A DNA stretch of 61,548 bases, filler included, from Rhabdomonas costata (Eukaryota), in assembly GCA_019059605.1 (NCBI GenBank). It is 17 parts of 17 records of this genome, joined end to end, with 100 filler letters (N's around TTAATTAATTAA, not from the genome) between each part and the next. Parts side by side here need not be neighbours in the genome. Positions count along the whole stretch, not along the records: positions 1 to 3,531 come from JAHMHO010000752.1; positions 3,632 to 7,167 come from JAHMHO010000753.1; positions 7,268 to 10,808 come from JAHMHO010000754.1; positions 10,909 to 14,437 come from JAHMHO010000755.1; 13 more parts are not named here. One strand, written 5' to 3'. Within the stretch, counting starts at the first letter, position 1. The number at the start of each line of letters is the position of its first letter. Shown here in pieces: positions 1-10,944 of the stretch. The notes beneath the pieces were generated by a model. The model was not told the DNA's origin, did not search any database, and saw only the letters and a program-made list of their open reading frames with translations. The translations under genes were made by a program, and so were the position numbers.

Positions 1-127
1 GTGAAAGTACCTAGATATGTTTAAACACGTCCCACCTCACATGCCTCGGCTTGGAGTCGGGGGGTGTTATTTTTCGTCCCTTTTGCGTTTATCGATCTCC
101 TGGCTTCAACGTGAATCGTCGGCTAAA
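1..127 (+). repeat. Terminal direct repeat of contig 1, copy 1 (circular or tandem-repeat overlap)
   Basis: Bases 1-127 (gtgaaagtacc...cggctaaa) are identical to 3405-3531. 127 is a common de Bruijn k-mer size. Confidence 0.95.
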
Positions 128-1058
128 GATAGACAACTCTAGAAAACCGTGCGGCCGAAGCGCCTTTGTTCGCGTTGGAACGCGCGCTTTTGTTGAAACA
201 AAAATTCGAGAATTCCAGGGGAAGCGCCGCCATCCACGATAACGCTGCTGAGGGTGTCTCAGACGCAAAGCTGCGCATCTTCGGCCTCATGATGTGCACG
301 AAAAGGCGCGCAGCTGTGCGATGAAAACGGGATGGGCGCCTACGCGCTCAAGGGCAGTGCGGCGGAGCGCGAATAACCGCTAGGGTTGAAGGATGCGAGT
401 AGGTGGAAAGATGGCGCGCTTGTTGGTCAGTTTGGGTGGTTGTATGTGCGGGTGTGTTCGGGTGGGCAAGCTGGTCGCGTACCGTAGTGCGTGTGAGTCC
501 TCTTCCCCTCTGCGGCTTTCCATCTGTGTGAACCAGAGGTCAACTGCAGCAAACTTCCACAGCAAATGCACCCGCGAAACGCAAGTGATCATCTGCGCAG
601 CAAAAACGTGCCAGGTGAGGCCAAGCTTTTCTTCATTTATCACAAAAACGCAAACCAACAAGGAGAAAAGGAAAGCTGCCCTGCTGGAAAACCAGACCAG
701 TGATGCAGCTCTCTGCCAAGGAAAGGAAATGGCAAGAGATGACACAGAAATACGCACAGAAGGAGTGTAACGGAATGGAAGGGATTGTAGGGGATCACGT
801 CCCTTTCCCTGTGTGTCCCTCATTCTCCTGGCGCAGTGAAACATCACACACACCAAAAAAACAAAAACGAGGCGCTTTTTGGAAATTAAAGCAGCGAAGC
901 AACCTCCGAAAACAGAGGGACACAAAAAACACACAAATACACAAAGAAAACCCGGCGGCATCACTGATTCTCCGTTGCAATGTTGCAATGACCCCACACG
1001 AAAGGAGCATGTGGGCGCATGTGTGACACAGCTGTAAAGCATGAGCTTTCTTTTTCTT

Positions 1059-1967
1059 TCACCTTGTTTCACCCACCTGGTCACTGAAAGTGGGCTGGGG
1101 AACAGAAGGTGAGATGCTGAAATCCTCGCCGAGGAAGCGCAGCTCAGGCACCCCCGGGATCAGGCCCAGCTCCCAGGCGTAGCGGTAGAAGGTCTTCACG
1201 CCCTCCATGTGGGCCGGGGTGAGGTCGTACGACAGGGTACGCCAGTACTCCACCAGCCCCTGCTCCCCGAGCCAGGCCCGCTCCGGGCATCGTGCGGCGA
1301 CTTGGGCGTAGCTCTCGGAGGCCAACTGCTTGGCCGCCAGAAGGTCCTCCGCCAGCTGCCGCAGCCTCGCGCCGTGCTCCTCCGTCGCCTTCCGGCGCAC
1401 AATCCACAGCGCGAAAACAAACGGCAGCCCCGTGAACTCCTTCCACAGCTCCCCAAGGTCATAGCAGTAGCGCCGGCCTTGGCCCACGCTCCCGCTCCCG
1501 CTGCCATACACCACCGCCTTCAGCGCAGCGTCGCCGATCACCAGCATCCCGGGGTAGTGCTGCATCCCCTCATCAACGGGCAGGGAGGTCCGCTCAAACG
1601 TGTTGCGCAGGCCGTACCTCTTCGCCAGCAATACCTTCAGCAGGTTGACCGAGGTGTCCGACTCCGTGGTGAGGCCAATGGGGCGGCCGTCGAGCTCCTC
1701 GATGGGCACTGTGGACAGCAGCAGCACACTCAACACGGGCCCCACGGCGCTAATCGAGAGCCCCGGCAGCAGGCAATACTGCTCCGGGGCCATGGCGTAC
1801 TCGATGGAGGAGGTGGGGGTGAGGTCGAGCTCCCCGGCTCGCAGCATTGCGTTCAGGCGGGCCGGCACAGCATCCACAAAGCGGTACACTCCACAATCGA
1901 AGTGGGCTTGCAACGCAGTGAACAGGGGGGTGCAGTTCAGGTACTGGATGTGCCCGAAGTTCAGCAT
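1059..1967 (-). CDS. mqnA: Chorismate dehydratase MqnA (futalosine menaquinone pathway), Geobacter/Desulfuromonadia-like
   Basis: Uninterrupted ORF from ATG at 1967 (MLNFGHIQYLNCTP). MqnA family motifs occur in order: YLNxxP, VPARLN, SSIEY, SISAVGPVLSVLL, TTESDTSV, IGDAAL, DLGELW, GLPFVFALW, YWRTLSYDL. Confidence 0.93.
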   Translation of the reverse strand: MLNFGHIQYLNCTPLFTALQAHFDCGVYRFVDAVPARLNAMLRAGELDLTPTSSIEYAMAPEQYCLLPGLSISAVGPVLSVLLLSTVPIEELDGRPIGLTTESDTSVNLLKVLLAKRYGLRNTFERTSLPVDEGMQHYPGMLVIGDAALKAVVYGSGSGSVGQGRRYCYDLGELWKEFTGLPFVFALWIVRRKATEEHGARLRQLAEDLLAAKQLASESYAQVAARCPERAWLGEQGLVEYWRTLSYDLTPAHMEGVKTFYRYAWELGLIPGVPELRFLGEDFSISPSVPQPTFSDQVGETR

Positions 1968-3304
1968 CTTGAGAATCCCTGTCACCGCCACCACCCACAA
2001 AATAGGCAATGATAGTATTAATTATTAGTCCACAATTAAAATTACAATACCAGGCCCACGTGCATTCCCGCACGGCCATACATCTGGTAGAAAGAAACAT
2101 TCAGATGTCAACAAACTTGAATGACTACTAACCGCCCTAAATCGTTCACAGTAAAGGCCCCGGAAAATTCCGCATCATTTGCTGCTGGGCGGAGGTTCTT
2201 GGGAAACCTCAATGGTGCATTAATGGGGATTTCCAAACTGTCACACACACATGGAAACAAACGCACCTATGTGTCAAATCCACAAAAGAAGCAGCGAGCG
2301 AGACGGCCGGGAAAACGGCAAAGCCCAACAAAAATCTGAGTGAAAAAGTCCAAATCAGAAAGAGATTCAGACAGAGACAGAACGACAAAAGACGGAAAAG
2401 AACAAGCAAGCGAACAATGGGAATAGGAAGACATCACCCGAGAGCAGCTTCAACCGCGTTCACCACTGAGGGGAACTATTTTAGGAAAGGCATCACACGC
2501 TGACTCAGCAAAGAGCCTGCGCCCACGTGTGCCATTTTCATTTGCTCTTTTGGGTGTACTCCGCCGCGTTCCCTCACTTCCTCACTTTTGTTGACCATGT
2601 GGGACTGGAGCATTTGAATGCAACTCCCACGGATCGCCGGTTGCTCTTCACACCTGACTTGTTACTCCCCCGTTAACACTTCAAGACAGCAGTGGCACGT
2701 GCCCGAGGTGATTAAGAATTTGGCACGTTTTATCTCACAAGCGAGAGATTTTGACGACGACAGAAAAAGAACTCGAACCTTTGAAATACACGTCGTTAAC
2801 GCAGTGTCCCTCAAGCAAAGTTGGTCCATTCCATCCATAGCGTTCCCACAAACACCTGCGAGAGTTTTGGGATTGGCAGCCCTTCTGCGCCTAGCCCACC
2901 CCCCCGAAACATTGCTGCTGAAATCTTGAAGGCACTAACTGGAAACCCTAGTTGCGAGGGATTGCATGTTGGAAACATAAGCAAGAGCCCCACAAAAAGA
3001 ACTGAGCGGGCAAAGATGGAAATCACCCCTTAATCGACCTGTGCAAGCTCACTGGTGCAGTGTATCTAGATAATAACTCCCCCCCCCCTCAAACCAGTCA
3101 TCATTCAAGGTGAAACGGGCAACAAAAGACCGCCCCAGGGTGGGCGAACAGCCTTCGAAAAGCATACCAGCATCCATCCTGGGCTTAAGGGCAGGATATC
3201 GGCCGAAACCGCCGAAAGTGACATTTGTCCAAAGGCGGAAGGGGCGATGCCCAAAACAAGGTTGTTTTGTGCGAAAAAGTCGAGACACGTGTTTGGGGGG
3301 GGGG

Positions 3305-3391
3305 TCCGGGGGGCCCCCGGATCGGTCTCATTCCCGCTGGTCGAAACCCGCTACCGAGCCTGAAACCCGCTACTGCGACGGAAACCCACGG
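3305..3391. repeat. GC palindrome followed by three 19-bp-spaced GAAACCC(G/A)C direct repeats
   Basis: tccggggggcccccgga at 3305-3321; gaaacccgctac at 3343 and 3362; gaaacccacg at 3381. Confidence 0.7.
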
Positions 3392-3404
3392 ATGTACTTG
3401 TTTT

Positions 3405-3531
3405 GTGAAAGTACCTAGATATGTTTAAACACGTCCCACCTCACATGCCTCGGCTTGGAGTCGGGGGGTGTTATTTTTCGTCCCTTTTGCGTTTATCGAT
3501 CTCCTGGCTTCAACGTGAATCGTCGGCTAAA
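3405..3531 (+). repeat. Terminal direct repeat of contig 1, copy 2
   Basis: Identical to 1-127. Confidence 0.95.
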
Positions 3532-3631
3532 NNNNNNNNNNNNNNNNNNNNNNNNNNNNNNNNNNNNNNNNNNNNTTAATTAATTAANNNNNNNNNNNNN
3601 NNNNNNNNNNNNNNNNNNNNNNNNNNNNNNN
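3532..3631. other. Artificial contig linker (N44-TTAATTAATTAA-N44), recurring 16 times in the window
   Basis: The same 100-nt all-frame-stop spacer recurs about every 3.6 kb. Confidence 0.99.
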
Positions 3632-3649
3632 GGTTGTTGTGGCAATCCG

Positions 3650-3850
3650 ACCTGTGTGTTAAACGCGTTGGACACGTTCAACTTCGCCAGCGTCTTGCGG
3701 CGCAGGTCCTTTGTCCATTCCCGCACCAGGTAAATGGCGGTTTGGCAACTTTTCTGGGGTGAAACACATCTGGGTGTGAGCTCTTCGAGCGCAACACCTG
3801 AGCACGATCGCAGGACAAATGAGAGCATCCCCCGATGCCACTGCCAAAAC
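3650..3850 (-). pseudogene. Degenerate non-LTR retrotransposon reverse transcriptase fragment (CRE/SLACS-like)
   Basis: AVASGDAL, a frameshift, then EELTP..KSCQTAIYLVREW..TLAKLNVSNAFNT. These match the CRE-clade motifs RPIAVGE.L, GGCE.IVH..R and KLDF.NAFN. Confidence 0.6.
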
Positions 3851-3949
3851 AGCAGGGTCCAGGATATGATGTGTGGAACGGAAGGATTGGAGCAGAAAGT
3901 TCTAGTGGGCAGTCTAGGTGGGCAAAGCAAAAACGCACCGTGAACGCAC

Positions 3950-5620
3950 CGTGAACACCAGCGAATCGAACAACGATGCATTATGTGTTGCACGCCACTG
4001 TTTTAAATGCGCAGAAGGAGATGTCTCAGCCGGGGGTTATCAACAATGCAGTAGGTGGCGTCGTCTTCACTTAAGTATCCGAACCATCCTGAGTAATACC
4101 TTGTACCCTGCAACCTTGTAACCTTGAAGAGGACGGATGGAACGCACTCGCGGTGCCAAAAACACCACTCTGCAACAGACACCCCGCAGCAAGGTCTGTT
4201 TCGACATCCGAAAAAGCACATATGAACTGAATCTGGCCCATTTGTCAGCGTCGTGAAGAAGGACGAGTGCAACCAAGGGCGGCACGCCATCATCAATCCC
4301 CAGGCTTGACACAAAGTGCGGATATCTCATGTTTCAAAAGGCTGGTGGGAACAAGCTTGTTCCGCAGAGGCGGGTTTCTGTAGCAGCTGTACACAATCTC
4401 CCGCATTCTGAGTGCATTGGCAAAGATGCGAAAGTGCCACACCGCATCCTGTTCAATTACCGTGATGTCAGCTTCACTCATTCTCTCGCTCTCCAATTTC
4501 CAGTAATAATCACGACGTTTCCACTCGCAGCCAAAACACCATTGTTGATGTTGGTAGAAATGCCCCTCAACCCACTTCCGTGCCTTTGAATCAAGGAGGG
4601 CGAAGGGCAACATTAAGCAACTTCGAAACTTCGAAATTTGTCCCCCCGAGTGTGCAGTTGGTCTGCATTTTCCAGCGGCAGGATCAAGGAAGGTAAGAGT
4701 CGCGAGATGGTAGCGGATGAATTTATGGTGGAGAATTTGGCCTTTTAGTTTCTCCGAGCTCGGATTGGGAAAGCTCCGCAGTTGTTGCGCAAACCGCTGT
4801 TGATTCCGTGCAAAAAAGCATCTAACAACAACACAACACAGGATGCCCGTTTGCTGAGCCGAAAGCGCGCTACAGGAGCCCCAGGATGAAGCAGGATGAA
4901 CGTATGCCTCAGCCTTGCGTGGAACAATCGGTGGACCAAAAAAGCGAACCCCNNNNNNNNNNNNNNNNNNNNNNNNNNNNNNNNNNNNNNNNNNNNNNNN
5001 NNNNNNNNNNNNNNNNNNNNNNNNNNNNNNNNNNNNNNNNNNNNNNNNNNNNNNNNNNNNNNNNNNNNNNNNNNNNNNNNNNNNNNNNNNNNNNNNNNNN
5101 CCAGGTGCCTTTCCGGCGACCGATCCCGTCACTGCAAAGGCCGGGGCTTTGCAGAATAGCGCATGGAATGCTCTCTTGCACAGGGGCACACCTCATGTTG
5201 TACTCCAGAACTTTTGTGAAGAAAAGCCGCTGCACGAGCTGGACGGTAGCAGGCCTTCGAAATGCCACCTTAGTCTTGGCATAGAACCGCGAGAAGCCCT
5301 CGGAGCTAAGACCAAAAATCGAACAAACGCCGGATTCATCGAAACTCAGCAGAACAGACAGAACAGCGAACAACAGAGCACCAGCAAAAGTGACGCCTCT
5401 AAAGGGTCCATTATTCACGTGCACCCGCCGCTTCCGGTTGTATACCCACATAAAAATGGCAAAACCAGCAGAAAAACTGGAAACCAACCACTAGAAACCA
5501 AGAAAAACGCTCCAAAATCGCGCACCATTGCGAGTGGAAGGTGTTGATAACAACCCGCAGCTCCTCCTCGTCAACGGTAGCGAGGTTGCTCTGGTAGATC
5601 TGTGGTGGCAAAGAACTGTT
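3950..5620 (-). mobile_element. Possible decayed KDZ (Kyakuja-Dileera-Zisupton)-type transposase
   Basis: Frameshifted blocks in the expected order: EYNMRC-PLC...PAFAV-DG (CP.C..P...DG), KPG-LMMAC..FFTT..PDSVHMCF, EWCFWHREC.P..FK.T, NSG..HNASL. Confidence 0.35.
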
Positions 5621-7296
5621 ATAAGTAAATAACAGCAACAGCATAATAGTAGTGGAAGAAGTCGAAGCTGGCCTGGAATTTACACAAACTGGGAATGATG
5701 CGGGGCCGGTCCTTTCATCCTCGGCGTACACAGTCGTTTTTGAGAGGTGGCCTTCTCGCAAAAAAGGTGGCAAGCCAAATACTGAGTCAAAAGATTCAGA
5801 ACAGATCGACAACAAGCATCAGAACAGAACCCTTAGCCAAATGCTTTTGATCATGATGAAGTGTTGCACTACTTATGACACCGTTCGATCCACCGGATTC
5901 TGGAAACAGCAGCCAAGGCAGCTCCCAACAGGGTGGGAAGTTGGGTTGCATCCCCAACCTGATCTGCCTTGGACGGGTCCTCCGAAGGAGGCACAGCAGT
6001 CACCTTGTCTCCGAAGGCCTCCACAAAAAGCATCATCCTGCATTTTACAAAGTGGGTAACCAAAAAGCAGAGCTGCTCTTCCTCATGTACTACCACTTTG
6101 CAATTTCGTTGCACTATGCAGAAAACGTTATTGCACACATATATAAAAGGGCGTTTGATCAGCAGCACTAAGTTGCTGCCAGTTCAAAAAAAAAGAATGC
6201 GCCCCGGAATTGGGTGCGTACCTGCAAAATGGAGACGTGGCGTACTCCTGCTGCACATAGGCATCTGCATGGGCATCCAGCGCGTCTTGGAAGACAACAA
6301 GGTCTGTGATATCTTCGGGCAAGGCCCATTCCTGAATTTCCCCCATTTCGTGAAAACAGTTGTAATTACGATTGTCATCCCTTCCCACGCAGATGCAAGC
6401 AGTTTGACTGTGGTACTGCGGCTTTGGTAACGAAAAGCTTGCCGAGTGCGGGTCTCGAATCCACACTTGCTCCAGACACAACGCGCAAAAGCAGAAACAG
6501 AAAAAGAAGTCGGGAACTCCCCAGAAAAATTCTGTTGAGGAAGGGTTCTCAACCGCAAATCCCTAAAACGCTCCAAAACGCGGATGGTTGCTCATACGAT
6601 GTTTGCTATGACCACGTGGGGTAGAAATGTGTATCCCGTAAATCCCCATCCCTGGCAACAATTTGAAGACAAGCTAAGGGTTCAAAAAGGGTTCAAAAAA
6701 CTGTAAAGGCGAGGGAATCGGTGTTTTTTGGTCTGGTGGGGTTGAAGTTGCGCTGGTGTCTTTCTCTTGCTCACTGGTGACGAAACTGGGCACTTCACCA
6801 ACAATGGGGGAGTCAGAAAACAACTCGGATAAGCCTTCATACACTCCTCTGTCACTGACTGGGAGAGGGGAGGTGGACAAAACATGCAGTGCGGTGGCGT
6901 TTTGTGCATTTTGAGCTTCCTAATGTTCGGGTAACTGTCGTTTCAGCCTCCGCCTGCTCTCCTGACATACCTTTGCAGACGTCGCTCGCTTTTTGAGAAT
7001 CTGAATTCTGCACTTGGCTGTCATTTTCTCATAAATGTGGTAAAGAACTGCATATCAGTGCGCGTTAGGGTTCTTCTAATAACCACACCAGTGGGGACGA
7101 CATTCTCTAGAATTTTGCACTGGAACCAATAGCAAACTTGTGCTGATACTAGTACTTGGGAACTTTTNNNNNNNNNNNNNNNNNNNNNNNNNNNNNNNNN
7201 NNNNNNNNNNNTTAATTAATTAANNNNNNNNNNNNNNNNNNNNNNNNNNNNNNNNNNNNNNNNNNNNGTTTTTGGTGGCTCTTGCCTACTGTTCAG

Positions 7297-10200
7297 TGCA
7301 AGTTCTATCATCATCAGTGCTCGTCATCTCACAATAGAGAAATCCTTCGCGGATTCCTTCAAGGTGGAGGCGGAGCTTGGTCACGGTGCCTCTGCTGTGG
7401 TTTACCGCATCGCAGATCGCGTCACCAAGATGAAGTACGCCGCAAAGGTATGTACACTCTCCACGCCCTTTGGGGGTATGGCTGTTTCTATTCGTCGCGT
7501 TTTCGGCAGAGCGTCCATTAGACCTTTTTGTGGGTCATAGGTGTACACTTCAAAGAGGCACTCCCCTTCCAACGCAGTTTTGTGATCGCCCGAATGAACG
7601 CCCTGGCCTTTCTTCGCCTAATGTCTCGGTGCATCACGTTCGACCTGCTAATTCAAGTGAATAGACCTTCGACCTGCTAAATTCAAGTGAATAGCACGAC
7701 TCGGCGACAACGCCGGGGGCATGTTGACAGTAGCTACAGTAGCGAGTTAAGCGAGTCTCGGCTTCGGCAAACACGTCAAGCAATCGGAGGGACAGCGGAG
7801 GTTGGTGTAATGGTGGAATCCCGCATTTGTGAAGCTTTGGCTTGTCTTGAGAGGGAGTTGCTTGGAGGTAGGGGCGGTGATAGTTTTCCAGATGCCGAAT
7901 TATTTTCGCAAAAAAAAAAGCGGACCAAGAATAACAAGCAAACCAAACCAAAGCAAAGCAAAGCAAAGCAAAGCAAAGCAAAGCAAAGCAAAGCAAAGAA
8001 ATGAAATGAAATGAAATGAAATGAAATAAAATGAAATGAAATGAAAATGCAACAGCAACTTTTGTATGTGCATTAGCGTGCGTTGGCGGGGGTGGGGGTT
8101 TCAGTTTCTCAAGTTTCTGGATGACAAAGGCAAGAGCCGCGACGAAGCCGTTGCCATGTTCCGGGTCGAGGTTTGCTCTCCCACCCGAAATGTTTCGCTT
8201 TTAGTTTCATTTCGAGGCTTTTGGCCACAACCACCTTGCTCCCTCCTCCAATAGCACCTTTCAAAAGGCGACATTCCCATTTTGCCTGCCTTTTCGGTAT
8301 CTGCACTTGAATAAATTTGACTAACAGCAACTCAATAGCTCGTGATTGTTCCTCTTTGAGGTCATTCACTCAAGTCAACGCTTCCTTTGGAGTGTCGGTA
8401 CTACTCATTGTGTTCGGAAAAATATATCTTGAACAAACCAAATATTCAGAATAAAAGGCAGACATTTTGCACAGTGCTCCATCACATCACTCTGTTTGCG
8501 TGAAAAGACTTCCCCACATCATATCTGACTTGCACCACCATGCGTAATTTTATCAAACATTCGCTTTGATTCTTGAGACCTGCAGACTTGGGTGTAAAGT
8601 CCTTCACTCAGTTTGTTCCGTTTAAAATGGTGTGTCCATTTCTGTCGATGCGAATTCACTATAGTTGTGTTGAGTTTACCTTCACTCCGTTTCTTATGAT
8701 TGTATTCATTTGTGTCTTCTTGTCTTCTTGTTCACTAGTCACTCGTGGTGGTGCGCGTACCTAAGCATACGCGAAAAGAAGGACTGATGCGTTGTTACGC
8801 TGCCGCAGCTTGCCCAGATAGATCCCCCGCCGAATCCGCGCTGAATCCCCCGCGTTGTGCGAAGCACCATGCCCAAAATGAGTGGGTGTATGTGGGTGCT
8901 GAGAAGAAGAGTTGAGCCTGGGCTGCCATTCAGATCAATGCGCTTCGCCGGCTCACTCGTCACGATAACATTGTGGCCATCTACGACTGCTTCGAGGCCC
9001 CAGACGCGCTCTGTATGGTCATTGAGCTGCTGCAGGGCTCGGAGCTTTTTACCTGTGTTGAGCAGCTCTCCCGGTATTCAAACCTGTATTCTCATATTTT
9101 GGTTATAAGCCCTCCCCCATGCTCAGCACCCCTCTCCGCTCCCTCTTTGCGTGCGGTTATTGTGCGCTTGACCGTTTTTATGTTCTCTCACACGGCGACT
9201 TTTTCCAACCGTTTTATCAGTCAATTTTTCTGTCCTTGAATGTTTTTCCTCCTGTTTTTCCGCCTCCGAGAGGGTAGGCGGCGGCCACATCGCTTACGGT
9301 TTGCTGTAGGTTTTAATTTTATTCCTCTTGCTCTTAAGGTTCTCTGAAGATGTGACCGCGCAGTTGCTGCGTACGATTCTGGGAGCCGTCGAGTTCATGC
9401 ATCAGCGGGGCGTCTGTCACAGGTGGGGATTACGTTCTGCCGAGAGCCCTTTTTGAGCCTCACGTTTTATGTGGAAGCCGATGCAGCAAAATACCTCCCA
9501 GAAACATACAAGTCCCCATACAGTCGACGTCGACTTTATGGGGACTTGCGTCAGAGGCAACAACGGCGTTTGTGAAGCATACAAGGTGGCTCCATTGATG
9601 CTTTTCACCAAAAGAGAGACAACCACTGCTGCCAACAACCTTAAATTTTATTGTCTCTTCACACACCCCAATTTAATGATACTGGAGATCACCGCATGGA
9701 AACGACGGACAGGTTGGCATATCGATCCCATCAATGCAGCCACACCCTGCATACGCATGCACCGACGTATGTCTCCAGAGATCTCAAGCTGGAGAACGTC
9801 ATGCTAAAGGTGCGCACAAGTGACTTGAACCTTGTGCTGGTGGGGGACCACATCGAGGTCTCCTCGGCCGGGGTGAACCACGCCCTAACTGAGGAGATCG
9901 CGCGAAGAGTGCTCTCCAACGTTACCTTGGTGGACTTCGGGCTGGCCGCAGTGTTTGAGCCCCCCAAGTGCGAGCTCACTGAGGTGTGGTGAACGCTTTT
10001 CCCGAAGGAAGCAAAAAGGTCTTTCACTGTGGGAAGCCCGCTCGACGTTGCGTTGATCCATTGTACAGGAACTGGGTCCTGCAATCCCCACATCCTGTCA
10101 CACAACCCGTTACGTGAAAAAAAAAAGCACCCCCCAAAGAAACTCTTGTGAAGTTTGCGTCAGCTGTGCGCACTTATGGAATGCGCTGCTGCAGCGCAGG

Positions 10201-10760
10201 AGTTGTCAAGGTTGTTGGGACTGACACGCTGTTGTACTGGTGGGGGGCTGCAGGTTTTCGGAACCCTTGAGTATCTCTCTCCGGAGGTGATCGAAGTGGG
10301 GATGCACACTCGCAAGGTTCCTTGCGTTGTTGTTTGCTTGTGGCGACAAGCGAATGCGAAATGCGAAATGCTCAAACTGGCTCGCCACCTTCGACGCAAA
10401 AGGACCTACTTTCACCGACCTGGCCCCGTTCGCAACTACGGGTTTGCAGTCTGCATTCAACGACCTGCATCCGGAAGAAAAAGATGCCATGACGGGTTCT
10501 TGTTGCATTTGACATGATTCAGTTGCATCTGCGGTGCGGTACAGGAGTTTGCTTCGGTACATAGAGAGGGAGCCAGGGTCCCAAACAAAGCGAATCTTTG
10601 GCTGTGCCCTTTGCCGTCGCTGTCCTTCCGCGGGGCGGTCCAGAGCTACAACGAGCGCTGCGACCTATGGGCCGTTGGGGTGATCGCCTATATGGTGCTC
10701 TCTGGGCTGTCCCCATTCGCGGACCCCTCGCCCAAGCTCACTGTGAAAAGGATTGCCAAG
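7297..10760 (+). CDS. CAMK-like Ser/Thr protein kinase, partial, multi-exon
   Basis: GT-AG exons: 7297-7447 (LGHGASAVV..YAAK), 8105-8170 (..MFRVE), 8934-9073 (HDNIV..IELLQGSEL), 9339-9422 (VEFMHQRGVCHR), 9779-9983 (DLKLEN..DFG), from 10254 (GTLEYLSPE), and an exon ending 10760 (DLWAVGVIAY..PF). Confidence 0.92.
7946..8048 (+). repeat. Compound microsatellite (AAAGC)n-(AAATG)n in a kinase intron
   Basis: Visible pentanucleotide tandem repeats. Confidence 0.95.
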
Positions 10761-10944
10761 GTATCGTGCCAGCGGTGCTGTCGTTGAAGGGACAGAGCCC
10801 AACCCACANNNNNNNNNNNNNNNNNNNNNNNNNNNNNNNNNNNNNNNNNNNNTTAATTAATTAANNNNNNNNNNNNNNNNNNNNNNNNNNNNNNNNNNNN
10901 NNNNNNNNGTTGTGTTGTCCTGGCATCCAGGTCCGCTGATGTTC

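Noticed and set aside
60-80. GGTGTTATTTTTCG resembling the 3' end of the Euglena spliced-leader exon, within a tandem or circular unit
   Set aside because: The match is short, there is no CG|GT donor after it, and no 5S rRNA or Sm-site context is recognisable.
1209-2012. 267 aa ORF antisense to mqnA
   Set aside because: Shadow ORF of a GC-rich coding strand, with no motifs.
3576-3587. Regularly spaced TTAATTAATTAA palindromes that look like an array
   Set aside because: Artificial contig linkers inside N runs, not CRISPR or biological repeats.
7639-7694. ~27 bp tandem duplication (ttcgacctgctaattcaagtgaatag)
   Set aside because: Two intronic copies only; an ordinary local duplication.
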